Shown here in pieces: positions 1-12,073 of a stretch of DNA of 64,000 nt (within the stretch, counting starts at the first letter, position 1; the number at the start of each line of letters is the position of its first letter). The translations under genes and the position numbers were made by a program. This stretch comes from Haliotis cracherodii (taxonomy: Eukaryota), in the NCBI RefSeq assembly GCF_022045235.1, contig NW_027266286.1, positions 28,954,001-29,018,000 of the forward strand, given 5' to 3'. The notes beneath the pieces were generated by a model, which was given only the letters and a program-made list of their open reading frames with translations, was not told the origin of the DNA and did not search any database.

Positions 1-191
1 TACAAATGTGTAGCAGTTTCAATGACTGAGTCAGGAGAAGACATGCAGACAAAGGCAGACCAAAGTGTTCACTCTCATAATCACTTGATCTAAATCACAT
101 AACCTACCCACAGTTATTTTCAATTCATCAATAAAATATACAAATATACAAACGATTATCATGAAAAAAATTCACATCAATATCTGTATTA

Positions 192-457
192 GTTAATTGG
201 TTTGTTGTTTAACGCTGCACTGCAATATTACAGCTATATGACAGCGGTCTGTAAAAAATCGAGTCTGGACCAGACAATCCAATGATTGACATCATGAGCA
301 TCAATCCACGAAATTGGGATCGATGACATGCATCAACCAAGTCAGCGAGCCTGACCACCCAACCATTTAGTCGCCTCTTATGACAAGCATTATTAGTCAC
401 CTTTATCAGCACACATGGGTTGCTGAAGACCTTTTCTACCCTGGATCTTCACGGGTC
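192..457 (-). mobile_element. Family A SINE-like retroposon (~260 bp, no tRNA head)
   Basis: Matches >15 other copies in the window. TSD tgtatta (extendable to tctgtatta) at about 183-191 and 456-464. Tail ...GCAGCGTTAAACAACAAAC in this copy. Confidence 0.9.
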
Positions 458-467
458 TGTATTAAAG

Positions 468-632
468 GGGGCGGTCGGGTAGCCTAGTGGTTAAAGTGTT
501 CGCTCGTCACGCCGAAGACCCGGGTTCGATTCCCGAAATGGGTACAATGTGTGAAGCCCATTTCTGGTGTCCCCCGCCGTGATATTGCTGGAATATTGCT
601 AAAAGCGGCGTAAAACCATACTCACTCACTCA
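468..632 (+). mobile_element. Family B tRNA(Asp-like)-derived SINE (~165 bp)
   Basis: A box TAGCCTAGTGG, B box GGTTCGATTCC, GTCACGC anticodon-arm remnant, (ACTC)n tail. 11-bp TSD ctgtattaaag at 457-467 and 633-643. Confidence 0.92.
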
Positions 633-1194
633 CTGTATTAAAGATTCATAGTTTCGTACATTCTTAACATTGATGCTACAAGTGGGGATAAGCTTTGTTT
701 TCTTTCCATCAAATGGGAAAATTAGATCATAACAAAAGTATATGTTCATGAAACCAATATACTTGGGATAGAGCACTCTTTTGGGAGAAGATGCACTCAC
801 TTAAAAACTTTAAAACACATCCACACCAAGATAATGGTGCTGAGGTGAGGCAGGATATTCTCACCTTTTTGCGAACACCTGGTATCATAATAATAATAAT
901 AATTTATGCATTTGTATACCGCAGCATTCACTGTGCATAAGTGCTCTGTGCGCTATCATCACTACTTGTTAGTGATTCATAAACACATGCTTGTGATATA
1001 GTCGGAATTGTACAATAGACTCGACTTTTAGAAGAGATTTCTTATTAATATGGAATTGGTCTTGACTTTTATTTATTGTTTTTTGCAATTTGCGCTCCTC
1101 AGTTTGCAGTGATTTTACAGTCAGTCAAAGTCCTACAACATGAATCTATCTGAAAACCTGAGAATGGCATCCCTTTGGCTGGAAAATATGTAAA

Positions 1195-1320
1195 TGAGTG
1201 TGTTGGGTTCAACTTTGAAGAGTATTTCTTTACGTCACAGTGTGTCAGCTTGATGAGGGATGGAAGCCTGAAGTGATGCAGGTCACAGACGTTTACCACT
1301 CTGGTGAAACCCATGAGCAC
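1195..1320 (-). mobile_element. Family E SINE, 3' fragment
   Basis: gaagtgatgcaggtc...gacgtttaccact...gaaacccatgagcacg is shared with the copy at 59173-59453. Confidence 0.75.
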
Positions 1321-1361
1321 GAATCAATAAACATTATCAGCCCAAATCCATGATTGAAATA

Positions 1362-1458
1362 TATACTACTCAAAAGAAGTTAAAGAACACCCACCAGCCA
1401 TCGCAGATTAAGTCATATGAATAGATTTAGTGTTCCTTAACTTCTTTGAAGGAGTATA
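1362..1458. mobile_element. Small Tc1/mariner-like MITE
   Basis: Imperfect ~27-bp TIRs tactactcaaaagaagttaaagaacac / gtgttccttaacttctttgaaggagta, TA-flanked. Related remnant near 9270-9335. Confidence 0.6.
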
Positions 1459-2240
1459 CATATAGAATAGCAAACAAATCAACTAGAGACATTTATTTAC
1501 GAACAATTATAGCTACATGTATATCATAAATATATTCTATTTACGAGAACTTGTACCACGGCATGTATGACCTTAAACACTATCATACACAAACAATAAA
1601 TAATAGTTATCATGAAAAGAGTCTTCAAGCACAAAACTGTTACTTTCTGTTTCAACTCCATCGGAATCGACTGCATACAATAACAAGCTAATGTGATAAG
1701 GCACACTGAAGTTGTCAACAAAAACTGAAATTCTCAGACATAAACTGCTCTCAGTGAGGGGCAGAATTCCCCACGCTTCTTATAACAAGCCATGTATCAA
1801 TTTCCATCTTTTGTGCCAAAATCACTATTTGTACAGACTTATCATAAGAATAACACAGTCCCACCTTCAAATATCACTGGGAGCAGGTTTCAAAGCCCCC
1901 TCCTGCATCAGACAAATCAGATACCCAACAACAGCTTTAGATAGCATGACAGAATTTTAGAAACTTAACATTGTGTCAAGTAGTGGGCGTAGTCCCTTAC
2001 TGTATTATCCTGCTTGAATCCATCAAGTATTAACTACTCAAATATTCCGAATTCTGAATGTGAAATGATGGTACAAATAGAATCTAGTGAAATATTGATG
2101 GGACAAAGAGTTCAAGCCAGCAGTTAGGTAGTTTGATCAGTAATAAACTGAGGCTATCCATGAAAGTGAACAATGCATACTGAAGTCATGATGTTTGTTG
2201 AGTGAGTTAGCTGAGTTAACATCATACTCAATCAACCAAG

Positions 2241-2766
2241 GTCATGGTAGGGTCTGGAGAGGTGACCTGTAATATTGTCAAGCAGTCATGGAATGGTCTA
2301 GAGAGGTGACCTGTCATATTGTCAAGCAGTCATGGAATGGTCTAGAGAGGTGGCCTGTAATATTGTCAAGCAGTCATGGAGTGGTCTAGAGGTGACCTGT
2401 AATATTGTCAAGCAGTCATGCAATGGTCTGAGGAGGTCATCTGTAATATTGTCAAGCAGTCATGCAATGGTCTTTGGAGGTCGTCTGTAATATTGTCAAG
2501 CAGTCATGGAATGGTCTGGAGAGGTGGCCTGTAATATTGTCAAGCAGTCATGCAATGGTCTGGAGAGGTGGCCTGTAATATTGTCAAGCAGTCATGCAAT
2601 GGTCTGGGGAGGTTGTCTGTAATATTGTCAAGCAGTCATGGAATGGTCTGAGGAGGTCATCTCTAATATTGTCAAGCTGTCATGGAATGGTCTGGGGAGG
2701 TTGTCTGTAATATTGTCCAGCAGTCATGGAATGGTCTGAGGAGGTTGTCTGTAATATTGTCAAGCA
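2241..2766. repeat. Minisatellite, 44-bp unit x ~12
   Basis: Unit gtaatattgtcaagcagtcatggaatggtctggagaggtggcct. Confidence 0.97.
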
Positions 2767-4968
2767 TCTGACTTCAGAGCGTTTATTGGGTAACAGTGGG
2801 GGTTGCTTATCTCTCTTCAAAAAATGTTACTTTCTATCACTGCGAAATCAGAAAATAAAAATAGAAATAATTTATTTTTATTTGCATCGTTACTCTAGCC
2901 TTGATTAGTAAGGAGAACAAAAAGAGAAATTATCAAAATCATACAGAAATAAAATAACTCTGAACCTTAAAAAATAATTGATCAAATGCATACATAAAGA
3001 CTCTAGTCACTGCAATCATCTTACAATAAACAAGAACAAAGCCTTCTCAGAAATGAATACATATACCATGTTGCTATCAAAATACTTCAACATTCTGCAT
3101 GGATGATAAAATGCCTTGCTTTGGGGGTATGTCCCTACATGTTATCACAATTCAGGCTTGTAGACTTTCAAGGTTAATTTCTATCCCTGAAATGTATTCA
3201 CACATCGCTAGTCTGCCCTAAGGCTTCAACCAGTGGCCATCATTAGAGGCTGCATTAGCGTACTTCCCATCACGGGACATCAAAGTCTTGAATTAGATCT
3301 TCTGCACTACAGACATAAATATACGTTGTGTCAGTTTCGATTCAAACTGAAGCTCGATGCAGATTTTCCACTTAACTAGCCAGCATAATGCTGACTTGAC
3401 ACGACCAGGCATGATGGTTTACGCCAGATTTCACATTTATCACTTCTCTAGGAAGCTGAGAGGACCGTTTTCCCCATTATTTGAATGAAGCAGATAAAAT
3501 ACAAGGCTGTATGTGATAAAGGTGGAGGCATCAAACAAGGACTACCGTAAATACTGGAATAAGTGGTGGACAAATTGAAAGTCCCTGCACCCACATTTTA
3601 CTCCAGGTACATGTTTTGTGGAGGCATGTATTTTCATCAACTATTTGAAACGTCTCTCCTTGATGTTGCACAGGGGATCTGACTAAAATTAAATTTAAGG
3701 ATAAAAATCAGCAATATCCCATTTCAGACATGTCAACGAATACCTGACATAATCAGGCTCCAAAATGAGTAATTTAAAAAAGAAAATAGCAATCGCCATT
3801 AGCATGATTAGTGTGATTATAGGGTCTTGATTTAAAAAAACAACATCTTGAGCATTGCTTTTTGAGCACTCAAACTACTCAAAATCTGTCCACCATTCCC
3901 CCACAACATGAAAGAAGAGTTTATATATTAATTAATAACTTTTAATCAGTTTTATATGTGACCATGCCTGTAGCAAAGACAATAACTTCACAAGTATTGG
4001 CACAATTTGGTTCAAAATATCATAATGATTCTGCCAAAATTGTAATGGTTGGCATCCCTTCCTTCAAACTTAATACTGAAAACATAGTGCCCTGAAATGA
4101 TACCTTTGACAAGTTAGGTGTTAATTCAAGGCAGGCACTCATTTCTTTCAGCGCATCATCAAACCCAATTTTAATTCAAGGCAGCATTTGGTCCAGGTTC
4201 TACGGCACCTCAATCAATGGGACACCGACCACAGGCTCTCCGATCAGCAGCTTTTAAAATGCCATTTCTCTAGGTGGCAGCTCTGTTCAACTGATAACTC
4301 CTGAAACAGGATCCTTTTTTTTAATGCAGGGAGGGGGCCAGCTTGCAGCCTGTTGATATTTTGACAATTGCAGCTAAATGTTATATCAACATACAAGAGA
4401 TAGGGGGATTAGGACTGAAACTGGCAGCAATGGTGCAGCCCAGACAACCCTTGGGATATCTTGTTTAAAGGGAGCATTGTAAAGATGGATTTCTTGAACA
4501 TCAACATTTCACAAACCTTATAGCTGGCTAATTCCTGTCAGTGATAGACTCCGTACCTCTGTTGTGGCTACAGAGGAAGTCTTGACAAATAAACAATCAA
4601 TCTCTCCATACAAACTCACCCAGATTGCTCACCGTTCAACAGCAATTAGATTTCGTAATCGTGTACAGCAGTTTATAACTAACGAGAAAACCTATTAAAC
4701 GGACACCTTAACCCAGCTAGTGCTTAAGGATGAAAGCAAGTCATCTTTTCATTTATTTGAAAGCGCATACAGAGCAATTCAGCACTTCTTCACCGAGTTC
4801 ATTTCATTTCAGATTTAAGGCAGCCCCTTGAAAAACATTTGTACCGAGGCCTTCAAATAACCAGAAAGCCAGATATTTTCAATTTAAACAATCATTTTTG
4901 AAAAAGCATTTATCCCATAAAGAGAACATATTTAGGTAGATAACATCCTGAGATAGTATCTACTGATC

Positions 4969-5130
4969 TGAGTGAGTGAGTGAGTGAGTGAGTGAGTGAG
5001 TGAGTGAGTATGGTTTTACACTGCTTTATCTAGCATTATCACGTCAGTAAGGCACCAGAAGAAGGGAATGAAACTCGTGCCTTCCGCATGGCAAGTGAGC
5101 GCTTTAACTACCACACTACCCCACCATCCC
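4969..5130 (-). mobile_element. Family B SINE, degenerate, with expanded (GAGT)10 tail
   Basis: (gagt)n-atggttttac...ctttaactaccacactaccccaccatccc. Confidence 0.8.
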
Positions 5131-7766
5131 TTTACCTCTTAGAACCAATCAGGACAATACCGCTGCTACATAACAATCCTGCTTCACTGATAAACATCAA
5201 TTTCATCCGATCTGGTTAAGTTTGATCCATTTCCATCCATTTTCTACAGTGAGCCTGTTGGACAAGACACAGCTAACAAATGTTGAAGTAAAAAAACTCT
5301 CCTCCCATTGCAACATAGCACAGGCCCTTCACCCTAGAGGGCAACCATCTTCATCCCGGTGTTAAGAACACCTGATAGTTTGCATCATTAACAGGATTAA
5401 GTTTGCAATCAAGATGCATACAACTTCCACACTCTCCTTGCTCCTTCATCAACATTTACTGTCAGGGGAAAAAACACAGCTTGTTTCGTTTCAAGCAATA
5501 TTTCCTGTATGGAAGCAGAAAGTGGAAATGAAGTGATCCAGACAATCAATCTCACAGTTTTGACTGTAGATGGCTTGGAGAGGCCACGGCAAGCTGGTGA
5601 TGATGTTGGTGCTGTCCAGATGGTGGTGACGTCAATGCTGATGCTGTCAGATCATGCTCAGATAATACATCAGCATACATGTAATGGCACCGCTGAGCAC
5701 CAACCAACAGGCAATACTGACACGATGTGCACGAGTCTGTCCGACTTACCGGTAACATCAACATGCCGACTTAACTGAGGTAGCCAGAAGGAGGAGAAGT
5801 AGAAGCATATTACTTTCTATGATACATCCACATGATACATTCGTATCTTATATCTATGATACATCCCTATAATACAACCTCATCATACATTCCTATGATA
5901 TATTCCTAGATCATGTCAATATGCTACATTCCTACATTACATGTATGTTACCTTGCTATATTACATCCCAACAATACACCCCTAAGTTGTCCATACGGTT
6001 GTCCCTACAATACACCCATGTGATACATTGCTATAATACATGCCTGTGATACATCCCCACCAATACCCTGTGATACACACTTTCATCTTTTCAAAGAGAA
6101 GAACTAGCAGATGGTTGCTACACACCAGCCCTGTTGTCAGCCTTCTCTCGATGAGGATGTTCAACTTGTCTACCTCCAGGTCGATTCTTTCACCTGTGCA
6201 CAGGAACCCATCACTCATCCAGTCATCAGTGATGTAGCTGCTGTAGGCAGACTCCCCAGCCCCATGCAGCTACAAACTAGGCTTTCTACTACACCTGTGC
6301 TAGAAACTAACTAGACGGAGTCATTAAGAATTATGACTACAGAAAACAACTTAAAATTTCACTAGTCTTGTGAATATCTTATCTAGTGATAATTTTACTC
6401 CATACCATAGCACCAGTAAACGCAAAGTAAAATAAAGGAGAGACACCATGTCAGAGTTATATTCAACTCGTTCAATGCTCTTACAGTCATTGTTAAATAT
6501 TAGTGGGGGCTACAGTTCAGCCCTTTACAAAAGTGTACCTTAAAGGACATAAGCACACTTTTACATCAGAGATGGGCTACAAAACAGAAATTATTAGTCA
6601 TATTTACAACCAATCACTTCCTTAAACACCTACTTCAAAACTTGAACTTTGAACAAGGATTTCAGTACTAAAAATACAACAATGATAGAGGTTTCATGAG
6701 CACAGCTTTCATGTTTTCCCAAACCCTACTGGTTTTAGTTCTCGTAATGGGATCTAGAAATGAACCTGAGACTTGAACCCAAAATTAGCAAATCTTTGCA
6801 TGGCTAAGGGAGATAACTCTTTTGGTTAACACGATGGTAGGCCTTGATCTTGGCAGTGCGATGAGTAGCCTCAGTTACGCAGTTACTGAATGCATATATT
6901 CAAGCTACATCATGGCAGGCTGTAATCTATGAAGTCTGGACCAGGGAAACCAGTGACTGAAAGCACAAGCAACAGTCTATGTCTCTACAGTTGGGTATGA
7001 TGACACACAGTGAGCCAAGTCACTGAGTCAGACTACCGACCCAATGTTATCTGGAGACCTAGTCAGGGATAAACATATTGTTCATGTCTAACAAGTCCAC
7101 AGCTCATTTATGACAAATGATTTCTGTTATATAATTAGAATCAGGATGAAAAACGGTTACTCTGTAGTCTGTGTGAAAAACTACTAGCCCGAATCTCTCT
7201 TGACATCATTTTCAGTAGACGTTAGTGTTAATTTATGGACTTTTATAAGCAAATCTTACTTGACTCTGGCTACAGACAAGTGGCTGAAGTCACAGACTGC
7301 CTCTGAATCTTCACTATTCTCGGGGCTAATGGACATGTTGAAATGTCTAGCCCTAATGTTCTAACCCAGGATCCCTACAATGGTCAGTTACACAGACAGT
7401 CTTGACTGAAGTCTCCTGTCCGAACAATCAATTGTAAACCTTTAGTAACATCACAAGAAAACAGATAAGACTAACATCTAGTCTCTGAAATTAACATATC
7501 GTACAGAATAAAAATAGTTGATAAATTATCTTAATAAAAACTTAATAAACTGGAGCCCAGAGACTCTTTATTTTCAAACCTGATACTGCAGAAATCTAGA
7601 CTTGCCAAACATTATAGACTTGCATGGGCTGTATTTGATATATCTGTATCAGGGTCTGTAAGACAGACTAGAAAACAGATGTGTGATGGGATTTACTTCA
7701 TCTCCCACAATGTTGCCACCAGTAAGGTAGCCTTGAGCCCCACCTGGTCAATGACAGTGTCCTCAC

Positions 7767-8584
7767 ACTGCATGCACACAGTACAGCAGCAGATTACAGG
7801 CCACACAGACATGTCTCCTTCACAGCCTGCTGCATGCACACAGTACAGCAGCAGATTACAGGCCACACAGACACGTCTCCTTCACAGCCTGCTGCATGCA
7901 CACAGTACAGCAGCAGATTACAGGCCACACAGACACACGTCTCCTTCACAGCCTGCTGCATGCACACAGTACAGCAGCAGATTACAGGCCACACAGACAT
8001 GTCTCCTTCACAGCCTGCTGCATGCACACAGTACAGCAGCAGATTACAGGCCACACAGACATGTCTCCTTCACAGCCTGCTGCATGCACACAGTACATCA
8101 GCAGATTACAGGCCACACAGACATGTCTCCTTCACAGCCTGCTGCATGCACACAGTACATCAGCAGATTACAGGCCACACAGACATGTCTCCTTCACAGC
8201 CTGCTGCATGCACACAGTACAGCAGCAGATTACAGGCCACACAGACACGTCTCCTTCACAGCCTGCTGCATGCACACAGTACAGCAGTAGATTACAGGCC
8301 ACACAGACACATGTCTCCTTCACAGCCTGCTGCATGCACACAGTACAGCAGCAGATTACAGGCCACACAGACACGTCTCCTTCACAGCCTGCTGCATGCA
8401 CACAGTACAGCAGCAGATTACAGGCCACACAGACATGTCTCCTTCACAGCCTGCTGCATGCACACAGTACAGCAGCAGATTACAGGCCACACAGACATGT
8501 CTCCTTCACAGCCTGCTGCATGCACACAGTACATCAGCAGATTACAGGCCACACAGACACGTCTCCTTCACAGCCTGCTGCATG
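7767..8584. repeat. Minisatellite, 62-bp unit x ~13
   Basis: Unit ctgcatgcacacagtacagcagcagattacaggccacacagacatgtctccttcacagcctg; occasional +2 (CA) units. Confidence 0.98.
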
Positions 8585-9037
8585 ATGATGACACATGGAT
8601 AAACAGTTAAAAACAATAAATATCAACTCACATGAAGCATACCTTTAACACTGCATCTTTAACATTGAGCAGATTACTTTTGCAAGCGGGAAGGGCCTCA
8701 ATTTTTCCTGACATAAGCTCATTACAAAACTAATATCCATGTGCCTCTTAACTCGCAGATCCATCAGTGTGCAAGTTTTGTCCATCGTCTCCATGGATGA
8801 TATTTTATCCCATACAACAGGTGCAGCTACGTGAAACAGGACGATTCATCTCTTAAACCACCAATTCTAATGCAGATTGCATACATTTTCTCCGAACTGT
8901 TTCATATTGTTCATTTTCTGGTAGAAAAGAGCCATCCTAATCATGCTAATGCACATGATGTCATCACAAGTATCTCAAGCTCTGATTAAAGTAATGAAAC
9001 TGTAGGCCTTTTCACTATCGAACACCACTCTCGACAT

Positions 9038-9166
9038 CAGCGATAGAAGTTGTCACTAGTCTATAGTCCTTGCCAACTGCCCAATAGTTAAGATGTCATA
9101 AGGACGAGTAGAAATTGGCCATTTCTAAGGGTTTTGCTGTATATTATCATCGTAATGACTAGTGGT
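9038..9166 (+). mobile_element. Family C MITE, truncated and diverged
   Basis: Similar to 10358-10514. Confidence 0.75.
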
Positions 9167-9349
9167 GTGAATATTTATTAAAGGATAGGAGAATCCAACC
9201 ATGCAACTGAGATACAGTGATATGCAATCACCATGTCAACAAGCCTGAACCTCCGATCCATTTAGTCAAAACAAGTAAAAGAACACCCACAATGAGAGCT
9301 GTGTGTTGCAATACCCACCAGTCATGACAGATTAACAACAGTCAAGAGA

Positions 9350-9600
9350 GAGAGTAAGTGAGTGAGTGAGTGAGTTTGGCTTAACTTTTAACAGTCATAA
9401 TTCTAGCTGTATCATAAACATATCAGCCTAATCTGGGATGAAAGCCTGAAGTGATGCAAGTCTCAGGTTTTGCCACTTTGGTGAGACCCACAAGCACGGG
9501 TATGGTCCTGACAAACCAAGAAACAAAAATCGGGGTGAACCAGGATTCGAACCCACTTTCATAGATTTCTGGCATGACCAGGGGATGCAACTCTGCATAT
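9350..9600 (-). mobile_element. Family E SINE, diverged
   Basis: (GAGT)n tail, shared body, B box (ggattcgaacc on +). Confidence 0.8.
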
Positions 9601-9968
9601 TTGCCAGTCACATAAAAAATATCAGGTGTTCTTTCATTTCTTTTGAGCAGCATATAATGGAAGAATGAAAACACAAAACTAGATCAATTGGAGGAAGGAA
9701 ATGCTTCACATTCAAAACTCCAAAATTGGTATACGAAAATCCATTAACTATTGATGAAGATGAAGTCCCTAGTTGCCTCTTTGATCCAATGATTCACATT
9801 TCAGCTGCTTTTCTAGCAGTCATGGGATGATTACCTGGGGATATATCCTCAGCCTCCATATCTGCCCCAGGGCTGCCATAGCTTGCAAATATAAGTGTAC
9901 ATTGCCCAGTGACATTCACCACATTATCAGTCAGCGGAATATGAGTACTGTATGAAAGAAACCACTTA

Positions 9969-10316
9969 CCGTATTCGACGTAATAAGCGCCCCGCTCTAA
10001 TAAGCGCCCACGGCGATATTTGCTAATATATATTGGCTAGTGCACAATCCCAGTTAGCACCCCTTCTGACTGATCAGTGTACACAAGACTTTTTATTCAT
10101 GTATAATGCGCACTCGTGTGTTATATGCATCCTCAATTATGGGCAATTAAATTCTGGAAAAATGTATCTGTCGTATGTAAACGTTTCAGGCTGTCAGCAT
10201 AAACCACGAAATTTACGATTTTTCAACTCTGTTTTTTTCACCAAAATAATATTCTAATAAGAGCCCCCTATTTCTAATTTTGAGAGGGCCCTGGGCGCTT
10301 ATTACGTCGAATACGG
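9969..10316 (+). mobile_element. Family F pogo/Tigger-like MITE (348 bp)
   Basis: Perfect 24-bp TIR ccgtattcgacgtaataagcgccc; TA on both sides. Confidence 0.93.
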
Positions 10317-10357
10317 TATATATATAGGTCTTGGTATTTATATGGACAATAGATACA

Positions 10358-10514
10358 CAGCATTAGAAATTGGCACTAGTCCTGTAGTCCTTACCAAACT
10401 GCCCAATAGTAAAGGTATCCTAAGGACGAGTAGAAATTACCCCATTTTAAGGGTTTTGCTATATGTTATCATTATAAGGGACTAGTGGACAAAAACTGTT
10501 AGTTTCTAACCCTG
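10358..10514 (+). mobile_element. Family C MITE (157 bp, hAT-like CAG...CTG ends)
   Basis: Imperfect TIR cagcattagaaat / gtttctaaccctg; 5-bp TSD ataca. Confidence 0.85.
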
Positions 10515-10610
10515 ATACATATTCAGAAAAAAGGACACGCAGGTTGGTAGTTATTGCAACACTTAGGTAATGCAGTGTTTGAAACAAAGCGCGAAACTCA
10601 ATGAGTCCTG

Positions 10611-11095
10611 GGCCTGGTTCCACAAAGTGATCTTAGCACTAAGATGATCGTAACTGCCATAATTTTAACCTAGGCTTACGACAGTCGTCACGCTAAGATA
10701 ATCGCAACTCCCATACTTTTAACACAGGCTTACGATAGCTGTAGCGCTAACATGATCGTAACTCCAATACTTTTAACATAGGCTTACAATAGCCATACAG
10801 CTAACATGATCATAACTCCCATACTTTTAACATAGGCTTACAATAGTCGTAGCGTTAACATGATCGTAACTCCCATACTTTTAACATAGGCTTACAATAG
10901 CCATAGAGCTAACATGATCATAACTCCCATACTTTTAACATAGGCTTACAATAGTCATAGCGCTAACATGATCGTAACTCCCATACTTTTAACATAGGCT
11001 TACAATAGTCGTAGCGCTAAAGTGATCATGAACTCCCATACTTTAACATGGCTTATGACAGTCGTAGCACTAAGATTGCTTTGTGGCACGGGGCT
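10611..11095. mobile_element. Family H Harbinger-like MITE carrying an 8 x 54-bp internal tandem array
   Basis: Ends ggcctggttccacaaag / ctttgtggcacggggc. Units start at 10644, 10698, 10752, 10806, 10860, 10914, 10968, 11022. Confidence 0.85.
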
Positions 11096-11724
11096 TATAT
11101 AGTCTTAACCCTTCCGTTTTACAATTAAAGATCAGGTGGTCCTATATTCTACAACTACCGAAGCAAACCTCAAGGACCCCAACTAGGACCACACTTATTC
11201 TCCATCATAGTTATGGCGATACCTTTCCACTCGTGATCAACTGCTTGGCTTTTTCAACCATTCATCAATTATTACAATTACAATCACAGCGTTAACATTT
11301 ATCTACACTAAATCACAGCGTTGGCAATACAGAAATACAACAAATCAGTGATACCTACTTAGGAGTGAAAGTCAGCTAGCTCAGTCGGGTTTAACATGGA
11401 ACTATTCCAGCTTTGTTCTGTCTGGGAGGTGGGATAAGGGGGTCTGGCTCTCGCATCTCCCACAAACAAACTATTGGCTGACTGCAATCTCGTTATGTGC
11501 AGGTACTGACTGTCTACATTGCAGGACATTTCAATTTCAAGTACTTTCGGGACTGAAGTCCACGGGACATCACATACATTGGGTACAGCCACTAACAGCA
11601 AATTGTACACTTGGGTTCATGGGTACTTGGATACCAGCTTACACTGGACAATAAGGTACATTGGATACTGGGGTACATTGGATACTAGGGTACATACTGG
11701 AATATAAAGGCTACATTGGTACCA

Positions 11725-12073
11725 AGGTGAAATGGGGTTTAACGTCGCGTCCAAGATTATTGCACTTATATCGCGATGTGCATGCATGTGGGTGTGTGTG
11801 TGTGTGTTTGTGTGGCTGCTTGTACTAGTCCGGACTGATCCCGATTTATAGTGCTAACACACTAAGATACCATGCCGCAGTTTAACATGAATACGTCAAC
11901 TCAGACACAGTATACTGACTCCTAGCCGACCAGTCCTTGTTTTAGCCCCTTAATGCCAAGCGCCAGATTGGGTGACAAGTACCATCTTTAATGTCTTTTG
12001 GTATGACACGGCCGGGGATCAAACCCTGGACCTTCTGCTCTCTGGGCGGACGCTCAACCACTAGACCACGGAG
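11725..12073 (-). mobile_element. Family D tRNA-derived SINE
   Basis: Reverse complement of the 40491-40818 family; internal (GT)n. Confidence 0.88.

Noticed and set aside
468-545. Functional tRNA gene
   Set aside because: No acceptor-stem pairing or oligo-T terminator; continues into a SINE body with TSD. Likewise 40491, 53269 and 59173.
6240-6269. G-alpha P-loop (GAGES)
   Set aside because: Lacks the following GKST; similarity limited to five residues.
7679-8610. Long ORFs, or a CRISPR-like array
   Set aside because: Contiguous tandem units without unique spacers; no cas genes; eukaryotic context. The same applies to all other arrays here.
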